Below, one piece after another: positions 9,471 to 18,256 of a stretch of 64,000 nt of DNA; position 1 is the first letter of the stretch, and each line of letters begins with the position of its first letter. Below the pieces are notes generated by a model, which did not search any database, had not been told where the DNA came from, and worked only from the letters and a program-made list of their open reading frames with translations. Made by a program: the position numbers and the translations under genes. Source of the stretch: Candidatus Bathyarchaeota archaeon (GTDB taxonomy: Archaea > Thermoproteota > Bathyarchaeia > 40CM-2-53-6); contig CAVPLU010000013.1 in assembly GCA_963706285.1 (NCBI GenBank), positions 104,762 through 168,761 on the forward strand, read 5' to 3'.

Positions 9471-10598
9471 TCATTCCGGTAAATCCAGGCCCTTCTTCTC
9501 AGCGAGGAATTCGTCCACATGGTCCTTTGCTCTCTCTCGCTTCGCTTGATGTTCACGGAGAAAAGGTTTCACGCGTTGAACAAGCATCTGCTTGCAATCT
9601 CCGCACAATAAGTGACCTGACATGCAGTTTCTGCGAAGCTGTTCAATCTCCTTGTCATCATCCATGAAAAGGAAATACTCATAGTAGTAGATCGGGCATA
9701 TGTCTGGATTCGCGCCTAGCCGCCTCTGCTCCTCCACGGTGGCTCGCCCTCCTGTGAACGCATTCATTACTTTTCGCTCTGCAACCTCAGGTGCATCCGT
9801 TGTGAATATCGCCGTCTCCGGCATTGAGGCCGACATTTTTCCTCCCTTACCTAGGCCCGGCAGGAACTTCGAATGTATCTGGGCAGGCTTTGGAAATCCA
9901 AGTTTCGGAGCCACATCCCTAGTAATCCTCCAGTATGGATCCTGATCGATCGCTGCTGGTATAAGACAGGGGACGCTCTTGCCGCTTGTAGCAGATGGGA
10001 GAAAGGCAGGTACCGACTGAACTGCTGGGAAGAATATGATGCCGATATTGGAGCTATCTTGGAAACCGAATACCGCTTTGACAGTCGAAAAGGTCATGTG
10101 TTTTGCGACTTTGATAGCTATTTCATAGAGGCGCTGCATGTTCTTGAGATCTGAAATGATCACTGTTCTCTTTGGATCGAACCCCATTGCTATTATGTCC
10201 AGTATGTTCTCGTACGTCCAGTGATGCGAATCATCAATGCTAGCTTCCTGACGGAACAGAAATTTCTCATCGTCAGTCAACTGAAAGAAGAGGTTCGCTT
10301 TGAAGACATCTTGGAGATGCTTTGTGAATACCCACGGAACGATGTGTCCGATATGTACTGGACCTGATGGTCCCCTGCCGGTGTAGAGTGCGAACTTATG
10401 CCCCTTTTCGTATTCGTCCAGAATCCAATTCAGGTCCCTGTGAGAGAAGAATATCTTTCTGCGGAGCTGAGTATGTAGCGTTCCTGCGTGCTTCCGGACG
10501 CGCTCTAGCAGTTCAATCGTTATTGGTTCAACGCCAAACTCACGGGTGAGCTTGTCATAGTCGATTTTCCCCGAGACTTCCCAAGGGGTTACTATCAT
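9471..10598 (-). CDS. trpS: Tryptophan--tRNA ligase
   Basis: VTPWEV, YTGRGPS, HIGH, DQDPY, KMSAS. Start set at MIVTPW; may begin a few codons upstream. Confidence 0.97.
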   Translation of the reverse strand: MIVTPWEVSGKIDYDKLTREFGVEPITIELLERVRKHAGTLHTQLRRKIFFSHRDLNWILDEYEKGHKFALYTGRGPSGPVHIGHIVPWVFTKHLQDVFKANLFFQLTDDEKFLFRQEASIDDSHHWTYENILDIIAMGFDPKRTVIISDLKNMQRLYEIAIKVAKHMTFSTVKAVFGFQDSSNIGIIFFPAVQSVPAFLPSATSGKSVPCLIPAAIDQDPYWRITRDVAPKLGFPKPAQIHSKFLPGLGKGGKMSASMPETAIFTTDAPEVAERKVMNAFTGGRATVEEQRRLGANPDICPIYYYEYFLFMDDDKEIEQLRRNCMSGHLLCGDCKQMLVQRVKPFLREHQAKRERAKDHVDEFLAEKKGLDLPE

Positions 10599-10729
10599 TT
10601 CCTCGTTATTGTTTGACAGCGATAGCCTCTCCAAGATTCCAATTACTTCATCAGTTCTAGCGCGGTCTTGCTGATCTCCCAACCCTAAATATAATGCAAG
10701 CGATAGCAATCTATTCATTTCAGGGGATT

Positions 10730-11638
10730 GTGCAACTGATTTCCAAGGACGAGCTTGAAGCATACAGGCGAGGCGGGCAAATCATCTCACAGCTTCGAAA
10801 GACCGTGCCTACGTTCGTACACGAGGGCGGGCTTATCCTTGAGCTGTGCGAACGGGTTGAGGCAGAGATTATCTCTCTCGGAGGGCAGCCTGCCTTTCCG
10901 TGCAACGTCAGCATCAACGAAGTGGCTGCTCATTACACATCACCTTGGGAGGATCCAAGTGTACTGCCAAAGGATTCCGTCATAAAAGTCGATTTTGGGG
11001 TGCACATAGATGGTTACATCAATGATTCAGCTGTCACCGTCTCGCTTAGCCCGATCCATCGTTCGATGATTGAAGTGGCTGAGGAAGCGCTTCGTGCTGG
11101 AATCACGAGAATCGCCCATGGCGTCCGATTCTCCGAAATCGGAGAACAAATCGAGAAGACGATACTACAATACGGCTGTAAACCAATCCAAAACCTAACA
11201 GGGCACAAAGTGGAGCGCTACACAATCCATGCCGGCCGATCGGTCCCGAATGTTTCTGGACCAATACCGGGGCGTTTCCAGACAGGCGATGTCTATGCAA
11301 TTGAACCCTTCGTCACCTTAAAGGATGCAGCCGGAAGAGTTGAGGATTCTGCCGAGATGTACATCTACAGGGCGGTCAAAGAAAGAGGGGCACAGTCTGA
11401 ATCAGCCAAGAGGATCGTGGAGCATGTTCGGAGAACGTATAGAACCTTGCCTTTTGCATCCAGATGGCTGTACGCGTCATTAGGCAGGGATATTGTTGAG
11501 ACCGGCTTTCCTGAGGCTGTTAACGCGAAATGCATCTCCGGATACTCTGTATTGGTTGAAGCAAGCGGCAGGGTCGTGACGCAAGCCGAGCATACGGTTG
11601 TGGTTAAAGAGAACGGCTGCGAGGTCTTGACGATCTAG
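10730..11638 (+). CDS. map: Type II methionine aminopeptidase
   Basis: AFPCN, AAHYT, KVDFGVHIDG, NLTGH, AIEPF, QAEHT. Confidence 0.96.
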   Translation: MQLISKDELEAYRRGGQIISQLRKTVPTFVHEGGLILELCERVEAEIISLGGQPAFPCNVSINEVAAHYTSPWEDPSVLPKDSVIKVDFGVHIDGYINDSAVTVSLSPIHRSMIEVAEEALRAGITRIAHGVRFSEIGEQIEKTILQYGCKPIQNLTGHKVERYTIHAGRSVPNVSGPIPGRFQTGDVYAIEPFVTLKDAAGRVEDSAEMYIYRAVKERGAQSESAKRIVEHVRRTYRTLPFASRWLYASLGRDIVETGFPEAVNAKCISGYSVLVEASGRVVTQAEHTVVVKENGCEVLTI

Positions 11639-12036
11639 GAACGATTCTTGGCGGGTTCTTCAGCATATATCGAGTCGACACGCATTGTTCCGTTGCACTG
11701 CTGACATTTGCCTACTTCTTTGTATACGAAATCGCCTTCTGAGAAGCCCCGTACCACCTTGAATCCGCAGCTTGCACAGAGGACCACGGAGAGCACCTTT
11801 ACCGCAAGGTTCCGCAGCAGTATGACTCTTCTTCGCATCTGCATGATCGAAGATACAGCTAGCACAATTGCCACTGAACTGGCGGCTGCGTAGAAGTAGA
11901 AGCTATCCATGTTGCCTTGTTGTTGGAAGCTGAAGGCGGAATACATTGCCCAAATGGCCCATGCGAGTATTATGATGCTGAATATTACCATCAGGTAACT
12001 GTACATGCTATTCTTCTTTGCTTCCACATCCGTCAC
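11635..12036 (-). CDS. Membrane protein with C-terminal Zn ribbon
   Basis: Two hydrophobic helices, then CASC and CQQC. Confidence 0.75.
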   Translation of the reverse strand: MTDVEAKKNSMYSYLMVIFSIIILAWAIWAMYSAFSFQQQGNMDSFYFYAAASSVAIVLAVSSIMQMRRRVILLRNLAVKVLSVVLCASCGFKVVRGFSEGDFVYKEVGKCQQCNGTMRVDSIYAEEPAKNRS

Positions 12037-13215
12037 CTACTGTGCGATACCCACTGTGTTCCCGATGCCGGCAACGATTACCAATTCGCCTTCCTTCGTT
12101 CTTTCCTGGATAAGGACCTTGATTCTCTGAATGACGCCCTCCGCGGCTTCAGCAATCTCCTTCTTCATTGGCGTAATTGCCTCCTGAATGCTCTGCTTGA
12201 CTATGACCGCGTAGACCGGAATCTTGTACTTCGTAGCCTCCTCCTCGATCTTGAATCGTTCCGTTCCAACTCCCCCAATTGCTGCTCCGATACCTTCTGT
12301 TATCTCTCCGGTCTTTTCGCCTTCGAATTTCAATGCGGCATCGACCATTATGACCATTGCAACCTTCCCATTGTTTTCCTCAATGACAGTTCGAATTGCA
12401 TCTCCAGGCTTGCCGACGTTGCCTCCGGGGCCTTTTGCCTTCAAGGCTATGACACGACGCCCTTCCATCGTTGTTTCTGCAACCATGACATCCTTGTCGA
12501 CCTCGCGCTTCTCGTGGTCTCTCATCAGTCTCGCCGCCACCAACGCGCCGGCTCCATCTCCGACCGGTTGACCTTGGGCGAAGGCTTTTGCAGCACCTGA
12601 GTATGCTTCTGCCTCCTGCATGATCATGGGGAGAAGCATCTGGAGCTGAAGTATCACATAGAAACTTGAAGTCTTCTTTCCAAGAAGATAGAAGTGTCTA
12701 ACTATCTTGTAGAGTAGATTGAGTGCCCAAGATGCCTCGACCAAGTTCTCGAGGTTGTTTGACTGTGCATCTGTCGCTTCTGGAGCAATTTTCTTTACAT
12801 CTGATTTGAACTTTAGATCACGCACATCCAATAGATGGTCAAGCTTCCCAATTACTCCAGCTGGATCGAGAGCAACTGGATCTATGAAGAACTGCTCAAG
12901 AAGGCCAGAGAGCGCAGGGGATGGATCATCCTTCGGTTTTCCAATCTCCTTGATTGTACGAAGAGCCAGAGCCTTCGCATCATTCTTGATGAATTCAAGT
13001 TTCCTGACAGCTCCGTCCAGCTGGAGGATCGCGATCCGGCTCTGTATCTGCTGACCAAAGAAAAAGGAGGCAAATATCATCCCGAATATAACGAGATTCA
13101 TCAGATTCGAAAGAGTACTGTTTCCTCCTGTCGGGGCGAGCTGAAGCGCCAGGTCAAATATCAAATCAGTATCCTCAATCAATCGGGCACTACAATTAGG
13201 CGGCGTTATAAACAT
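12037..13215 (-). CDS. DUF1512 family protein
   Basis: PVGDGAG, KAKGPGG, VDAALKFEGE, GIGNTVGIAQ. True start probably downstream of 13215. Confidence 0.85.
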   Translation of the reverse strand: MFITPPNCSARLIEDTDLIFDLALQLAPTGGNSTLSNLMNLVIFGMIFASFFFGQQIQSRIAILQLDGAVRKLEFIKNDAKALALRTIKEIGKPKDDPSPALSGLLEQFFIDPVALDPAGVIGKLDHLLDVRDLKFKSDVKKIAPEATDAQSNNLENLVEASWALNLLYKIVRHFYLLGKKTSSFYVILQLQMLLPMIMQEAEAYSGAAKAFAQGQPVGDGAGALVAARLMRDHEKREVDKDVMVAETTMEGRRVIALKAKGPGGNVGKPGDAIRTVIEENNGKVAMVIMVDAALKFEGEKTGEITEGIGAAIGGVGTERFKIEEEATKYKIPVYAVIVKQSIQEAITPMKKEIAEAAEGVIQRIKVLIQERTKEGELVIVAGIGNTVGIAQ

Positions 13216-13244
13216 TCATCGATAGTTCTGATAAGAAAGGTGAT

Positions 13245-13371
13245 GGGGTTGGCAGCTGTCCAAGTTTCGCGTGGCCTTGCGGAACACACTACTGCCTGAA
13301 TCGCCTGGGAGATTCACTTCCGTGTTCGGAATGGGAACGGGTCCTAGCTCCCAGCTATGGCCGCCAGCTCC
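13245..13371 (-). rRNA. rrf: 5S ribosomal RNA
   Basis: GGCGGCCATAGC...ACCCGTTCCCATTCCGAACACGGAAGTGAA...CTGCC with pairing termini. Confidence 0.95.
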
Positions 13372-13393
13372 GATAAGGAGCTTCGCCGACGCA

Positions 13394-13401
13394 TAATTAA
13401 A
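13394..13401 (-). promoter_or_regulatory. TATA box of the 5S rRNA gene
   Basis: TTTAATTA about 23 nt upstream of the 5S 5' end. Confidence 0.6.
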
Positions 13402-13802
13402 CATTGAGGGAGGGTTTTGCGTGACAACTTTCTTCGTCTATTTGGAGTTCGACGTTTCGCCTGATAACGTGTTTTTGTGGCATCGACCGGAATCCGTGCT
13501 TCAAGTCGTGAGTCCGCTAGACGACGAGAGGTTGGGCGTTGTAAAGAAAACAGAAATGGTGGCCCGGGGGAAACCTTACGGCTCCATCTAATATCCACTT
13601 AATGACTTCTCTGACATCTTCTTCAAGGCTCGCATTTAGTAACTCTTTCCTTGGCATTTCCAAGAAGCCATCACACATAGCCGTCTTCCGTTCTTCCTCG
13701 TAACCCATTCAGTCCTAGACTGCGGAGCTAAGACACCTAAGAATATTATCGGAACTGCAAAGATTCTTATGAGAATACTTTCTTGCTCCAAACTTATATT
13801 AT

Positions 13803-15053
13803 GTGAATACCGGACTTGCGGCAATAACTCAAGCTGGTTACGAGATGGGTTTTCCAGGAGCAACGAAAAACCAAACGACAGGCGTCGCACGCACCACATC
13901 CCAAAAACCACGATCCTTCCTGTTCACCTCCGAGAGTGTCACGGAGGGTCATCCTGACAAAGTCGCGGACCAAATCTCCGATGCGATCCTAGATGACATC
14001 ATCTCCCAGGATCCAAAAGCGAGGGTAGACATTGAGACCCTAATAATGAAGGGCACCGTCATAGTTACGGGTCAGGTCACCACATCCGCCTATTCGCACA
14101 TTCCTCGCATCATTCGAGGCGTCCTGCGAGATATTGGGTTCTATGATGCGAAGGTTGGTATCGACTGGGAGGCTTGCGGAGTCCTCGTCTCAATGGAAGA
14201 GCAATCGCCAGACATCGCGATGGGAGTCAATCGGGAAGATATGGGTGCAGGAGATCAGGGCATGGTCTTCGGTCATGCAACAAACGAAACCCCAGAACTA
14301 ATGCCCCTCCCAATAACCCTCGCACACAAGTTGGTTAGAAGGCTAGCGGATGTAAGAAAGCAAGGAATCCTCAAATACCTTCGACCCGACGGCAAATCAC
14401 AGGTGACGATCGAGTACCAAAATGGCACACCCAAGAGAGTGGAAGCCATTGTAATCGCAGCTCAACACGATGAAAACGTCTCAAGGGAGGAAATGAGAAA
14501 AGACATTATCGAGAAAGTGATCAAGCCCGTTATCCCGTCAGAAATGCTCGACGAGAAAACTAAGTTCTTCATCAACGAAACTGGAAGGTTCACTGTCGGC
14601 GGTACACTTGCCGACACAGGTCTTACTGGCAGAAAGATAATTGTCGACACTTATGGGGGAGTTGGAAGCCATGGCGGAGGCTGCTTCTCTGGAAAAGATC
14701 CCACGAAAGTCGACAGATCAGGCAGCTACATGGCCAGATACATCGCGAAGAATATAGTGGCCGCAGGACTCGCCGACAGATGTGACGTTCAGATCGCCTA
14801 CGCTATCGGTGTGTCGAAACCCGTCTCAGTGATGGTCTACACGTACGGCACAGGAAAAGTGCCTGATGAGAAGATTACGGAAGCGGTACTGAAAGTATTC
14901 GACATGAGGCCAAAGGCAATAATCGAACAATTGAAGCTTCTCAAACCCATCTACCGAAAAACGGCCGTTTATGGCCATTTCGGACGGGATGATCCAGACT
15001 TCACGTGGGAGAGGACGGATCGAATAGACGAACTCAGAAAACTCTGCGACTGA
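13803..15053 (+). CDS. metK: S-adenosylmethionine synthetase, bacterial/eukaryotic type
   Basis: [58 protein letters not shown]. Start may be ATG 13845. Confidence 0.97.
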   Translation: MNTGLAAITQAGYEMGFPGATKNQTTGVARTTSQKPRSFLFTSESVTEGHPDKVADQISDAILDDIISQDPKARVDIETLIMKGTVIVTGQVTTSAYSHIPRIIRGVLRDIGFYDAKVGIDWEACGVLVSMEEQSPDIAMGVNREDMGAGDQGMVFGHATNETPELMPLPITLAHKLVRRLADVRKQGILKYLRPDGKSQVTIEYQNGTPKRVEAIVIAAQHDENVSREEMRKDIIEKVIKPVIPSEMLDEKTKFFINETGRFTVGGTLADTGLTGRKIIVDTYGGVGSHGGGCFSGKDPTKVDRSGSYMARYIAKNIVAAGLADRCDVQIAYAIGVSKPVSVMVYTYGTGKVPDEKITEAVLKVFDMRPKAIIEQLKLLKPIYRKTAVYGHFGRDDPDFTWERTDRIDELRKLCD

Positions 15054-15615
15054 CATATCCCCACCGAAATCAAGATATATTTTCTGCGGGCATCGCCTGA
15101 GCAAGCAGCGAGGGCACCGCATTACTGATCTGTTGGGACTTCAGTGCAAGCGGTCCTGAGAACCTGTATGTGTCACGAAAAGAATGCAGTCGTGCAGCTT
15201 CTCGCGTTGTGAAGAATCTTGCGTGATCACTATCAGGCAAACATACATCAAGCTATCATTCTGCATGTGCACAAGTAGTGTGCTATCCCACTGCTGTTCC
15301 TTGGACGTCCCGATCCTATCTCATGTGAAATACACTCTTACTGAATTGCGGTGCTCCAAAGTCAGCTGCATTGAGCATACTGGAATTCTCTAGTTCCCTC
15401 AAACCCTCCAAATTTGGCTGACGATTTTGCCGTTCTGAAAGAGCCAATACCCGGGGAAATTCTCCATGACGAAGAATTTCGGCCTTGCTTCCTTCATAAC
15501 TAACATCATCAAACGATGCATTTACCGATAGAATTTCTTCGATTGCAGCGGAAAAGTGCAACGCCAGGCGATTATGCGTGAAGAACAGCAAGCGCATCAG
15601 CGCAAAATAGTAAGT

Positions 15616-15836
15616 TGGTGGGGCCGAAGGGATTGTCATGGCGTGCCGCCATTTTGAACCCTCGACTTCCGCCGTTTTTCTTCGTCTACGGGTTTCTCCC
15701 GCGCTCCGGAAGATCGTCATCCCACATGGTCAGCAAACCCGTTGCATGCCAAAGGCTTCTGGAGCCCTTAACGGGGGTTGTCCTGTCGTCATCCCTGGCT
15801 AGATTCCGCCGAACCTTGATCATCGCCTACGGCCCC
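15616..15836 (-). tRNA. tRNA-Trp(CCA) with five introns
   Basis: Removing 15804-15826, 15768-15784, 15694-15758, 15667-15685 and 15633-15652 gives a 77-nt cloverleaf GGGGCCGTAGTCTAGCCAGGGATGACGACGGGCTCCAGACCCGTAGGTCGAGGGTTCAAATCCCTTCGGCCCCACCA. Confidence 0.92.
15694..15758 (-). ncRNA. Box C/D guide in tRNA-Trp 37/38 intron
   Basis: ACGGGTTT-G-CTGA is complementary to AAACCCGT of the precursor (N+5 rule points to C39). ATGACGA box followed by CTTCCGGAGC, a near-complement of GCTCCAGAAG. Confidence 0.75.
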
Positions 15837-16037
15837 ACTGGACGACGACGCTCTGGCCCCACCGAGCTAGACTCGCACGCGAACAACATATTTAATGTTT
15901 CACACAGAGCCGCGTTCTTGCGGCAATCCAACTCTAGACGCCCGACAAGAAAAGCCATCGACCTTCGATGACTGCCTTGTGAAGAACAGGCTCGTAATCA
16001 GTTAGTTGCGACCGAGGGCCTCAGTCAAAGCGTAGAC

Positions 16038-16598
16038 CTATACGGAGAAGACTCTCAACAAGTCTGCTTTCGTGATTATTCCCGCTACCTGCCCTCTCTT
16101 CACTACCACAACTGCCGAATGGTACTGTAAGAGAGTCGAAATCAGAGACAGCGGCGCCTTCTCGTCAATCTGAGGGAAAGCCTCAGCCATCACCTTAGAG
16201 ACAGGCATACTTGAAAGTTCTCGCGGGCTAATCCCTGATATGAGTCGATCCATGATCACTTTCTCTGCGATGCTTCCGACAATATTTCGTCCACCAAAAA
16301 CTGGCAGTTGAGAGAATCCGCTTTCCTTCATTATCGCTGCCGCTCTTGAGATAGAATCGTTCTCATCTACTCCAACAACCTTCGATTGCAGGAGATCCCT
16401 CGCATGCGGTTCCTTTTCCCTCTGCATCTTCTCCAACGTATCAAAGATGGCTTTCGTCTTGAGATAGGATGGCTCAGTCTTTCCGGCCTCTATTTTCGCG
16501 ATCATTGATTGGCTCACGCCGGCAAGCCGTGCAAGATGCTTCTGACTCAGCCCGACGATGCGTCTTCGCTTTGAGATCTCCTCAAGCCTTGGGAGCAT
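16038..16598 (-). CDS. XRE-HTH plus CBS-pair transcriptional regulator
   Basis: LARLAGVSQSMIAKIEAG; GFSQLPV; GIITKADLL. Confidence 0.92.
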   Translation of the reverse strand: MLPRLEEISKRRRIVGLSQKHLARLAGVSQSMIAKIEAGKTEPSYLKTKAIFDTLEKMQREKEPHARDLLQSKVVGVDENDSISRAAAIMKESGFSQLPVFGGRNIVGSIAEKVIMDRLISGISPRELSSMPVSKVMAEAFPQIDEKAPLSLISTLLQYHSAVVVVKRGQVAGIITKADLLRVFSV

Positions 16599-16691
16599 GG
16601 ACTCATCCGCCCTCGCAATATTCCTTCAGGAATATGTGGATCAGAACTCTATTAATAGACGCTCTGGGTGTTGTGACCGCGAGGTTTCAGA

Positions 16692-16884
16692 ATGGCGAAC
16701 ATATCCGGCGGCGTGCTCAATCAGACTCCTGTGCAAGATCAACCCATTGAGATATGCGAGAGAAAGGGGTTTGGCTATCCTGAAAGAAGTCTCCAAAAGC
16801 GTTCAAGAGCTCGCCGCTGCCGAACTCTCAAACATCAACAAATTCAGCGAGGATCTTGCCTACGGGCGCATCCCAGTCTGCTGA
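16692..16884 (+). pseudogene. mat: Internally deleted relic of archaeal-type SAM synthetase
   Basis: After GAGGT: MANISGGVLNQTPVQDQPIEICERKGFGYP (cf. archaeal MAT ERKGxGHPD), joined out of frame to LKEVSKSVQELAAAELSNINKFSEDLAYGRIPVC* (MAT-like C-terminus). Confidence 0.8.
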
Positions 16885-16980
16885 GACATAGCCGCTCACT
16901 TCCCAACATGTAGTGCCTGTTTCTCTACCCTGAGCCGGCCACCGCGCTGAATCCCAGCTTGTGAGGAGCTTCAGACAGGA

Positions 16981-18050
16981 TTGCTTTCAAGCCTGAAAGA
17001 AGAGGCTACATCAGCTTTCAGGAAAGTCGTAACAGCGCTCGTTCTGATTCTTTTGGCCTCCTACTTGATCTCGATGATCCTTGGCCCAATCCTCTTCTAC
17101 ACATCACGCGAGGGACTTGATGCTGCATCCAACCTGATCACTAAGCTCCCACTAAGCCTGTTCATGATTGCTGACTTCTCGATTCCTATGGGAACCTACG
17201 TGGGCATATTCTTCTTCATGATTTGGATGCTCTTCGCTGCCGCATTTGTTTTGGCCTGGATTGATGCTCCGAGTTTCCCCATCTCGATCAAGAAAGTCAC
17301 CCAACGAGTCAACGTAATCGGTTCAAACTACCTCATTGTTCTACCACAAGTGTCCACCATTGTGCTCGTCGCAATTGTGGTGCTTCAAGCGTTCCAGGAA
17401 TCCGCAGGCGTCCAGACAGGCAGCATCTCTTTCGAGAATCCAGTGATCGGTTTCCTGTCTGTCTCTTATGCTCCATTAGTGGAAGAGCTCAGCTACAGGA
17501 TAACAACCCTGGGTCTTCTAGATGGGCTGTATCTTGTATGGAGGACCCGGCACCAAGAACAGTACCAAGGCATCAAGGGTGCCGTCTACCTTCTAGCAGG
17601 TACAATGTGGAAACCGGACGGACCAAAGAGACTGTTAGGATTCAAGACAATTCGAGACAACGGCTTGAAAGGAATCTCGCGGATCGAGTGGCTCATTCTG
17701 ATTGCGACGTCAGGAGCTTTTGGAGCTGCTCACTATCTATACGGGGGCGGATGGGAGATCGGCAAGGTTTCCACTGCGATGATATCGGGACTTGCGTTGG
17801 GCTACGTCTATCTACGCTATGGTGCATATGCTCCCATCTTGCTTCATTGGTACTTCAACTACTATTTTGGAACCTTTGATCTCGCTTCACAACTGAACAT
17901 GCCCGAGCGCTGACCTGCTTGCTCTTGGTATAGAATTCTTGAATCTTGGCGGCGGAATCATCCTTGCATCAGGTTTGATTGTATCTTCCGTCGCCAGACT
18001 CTGGTCTGCCACGCGGCACAGGACCTAGATTCGAAGAAGAACGCCAATGA
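16981..18050 (+). CDS. CPBP (Abi/CAAX-like) intramembrane metalloprotease
   Basis: APLVEELSYR, FGAAH, HWYFN. ORF ends 17913; a hydrophobic reading continues in another frame to about 18050. Confidence 0.8.
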
Positions 18051-18256
18051 CCTTCCAAATATTCACGATTCGAACCCTGAAAGCCTACCATCGCAGGCGC
18101 CGGAGTGTATATCACCGCCAAGTTCATGTGCATTTGTAGGCTTTGCAGCAGACGGAACGATCCTATCAAGAGTGTATCTGCGGGAGAATCCTTGGCATGA
18201 AAACTGATACAAGAGCGATAAAACTCGATACTGAGAGAAACGCCGGACATGATGAG

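Noticed and set aside
13557-13571. TGGTGGCCCGGGGGA as an att-site copy of the tRNA-Trp 3' end bounding a metK island
   Set aside because: Only the terminal 6 nt match well, and no integrase is present.
13420-13800. SAM riboswitch upstream of metK
   Set aside because: No SAM-I core or other recognisable aptamer could be identified by eye.
15316-15971. ORFs 15316-15720 and 15615-15971
   Set aside because: They overlap the intron-rich tRNA-Trp and have no recognisable motifs.
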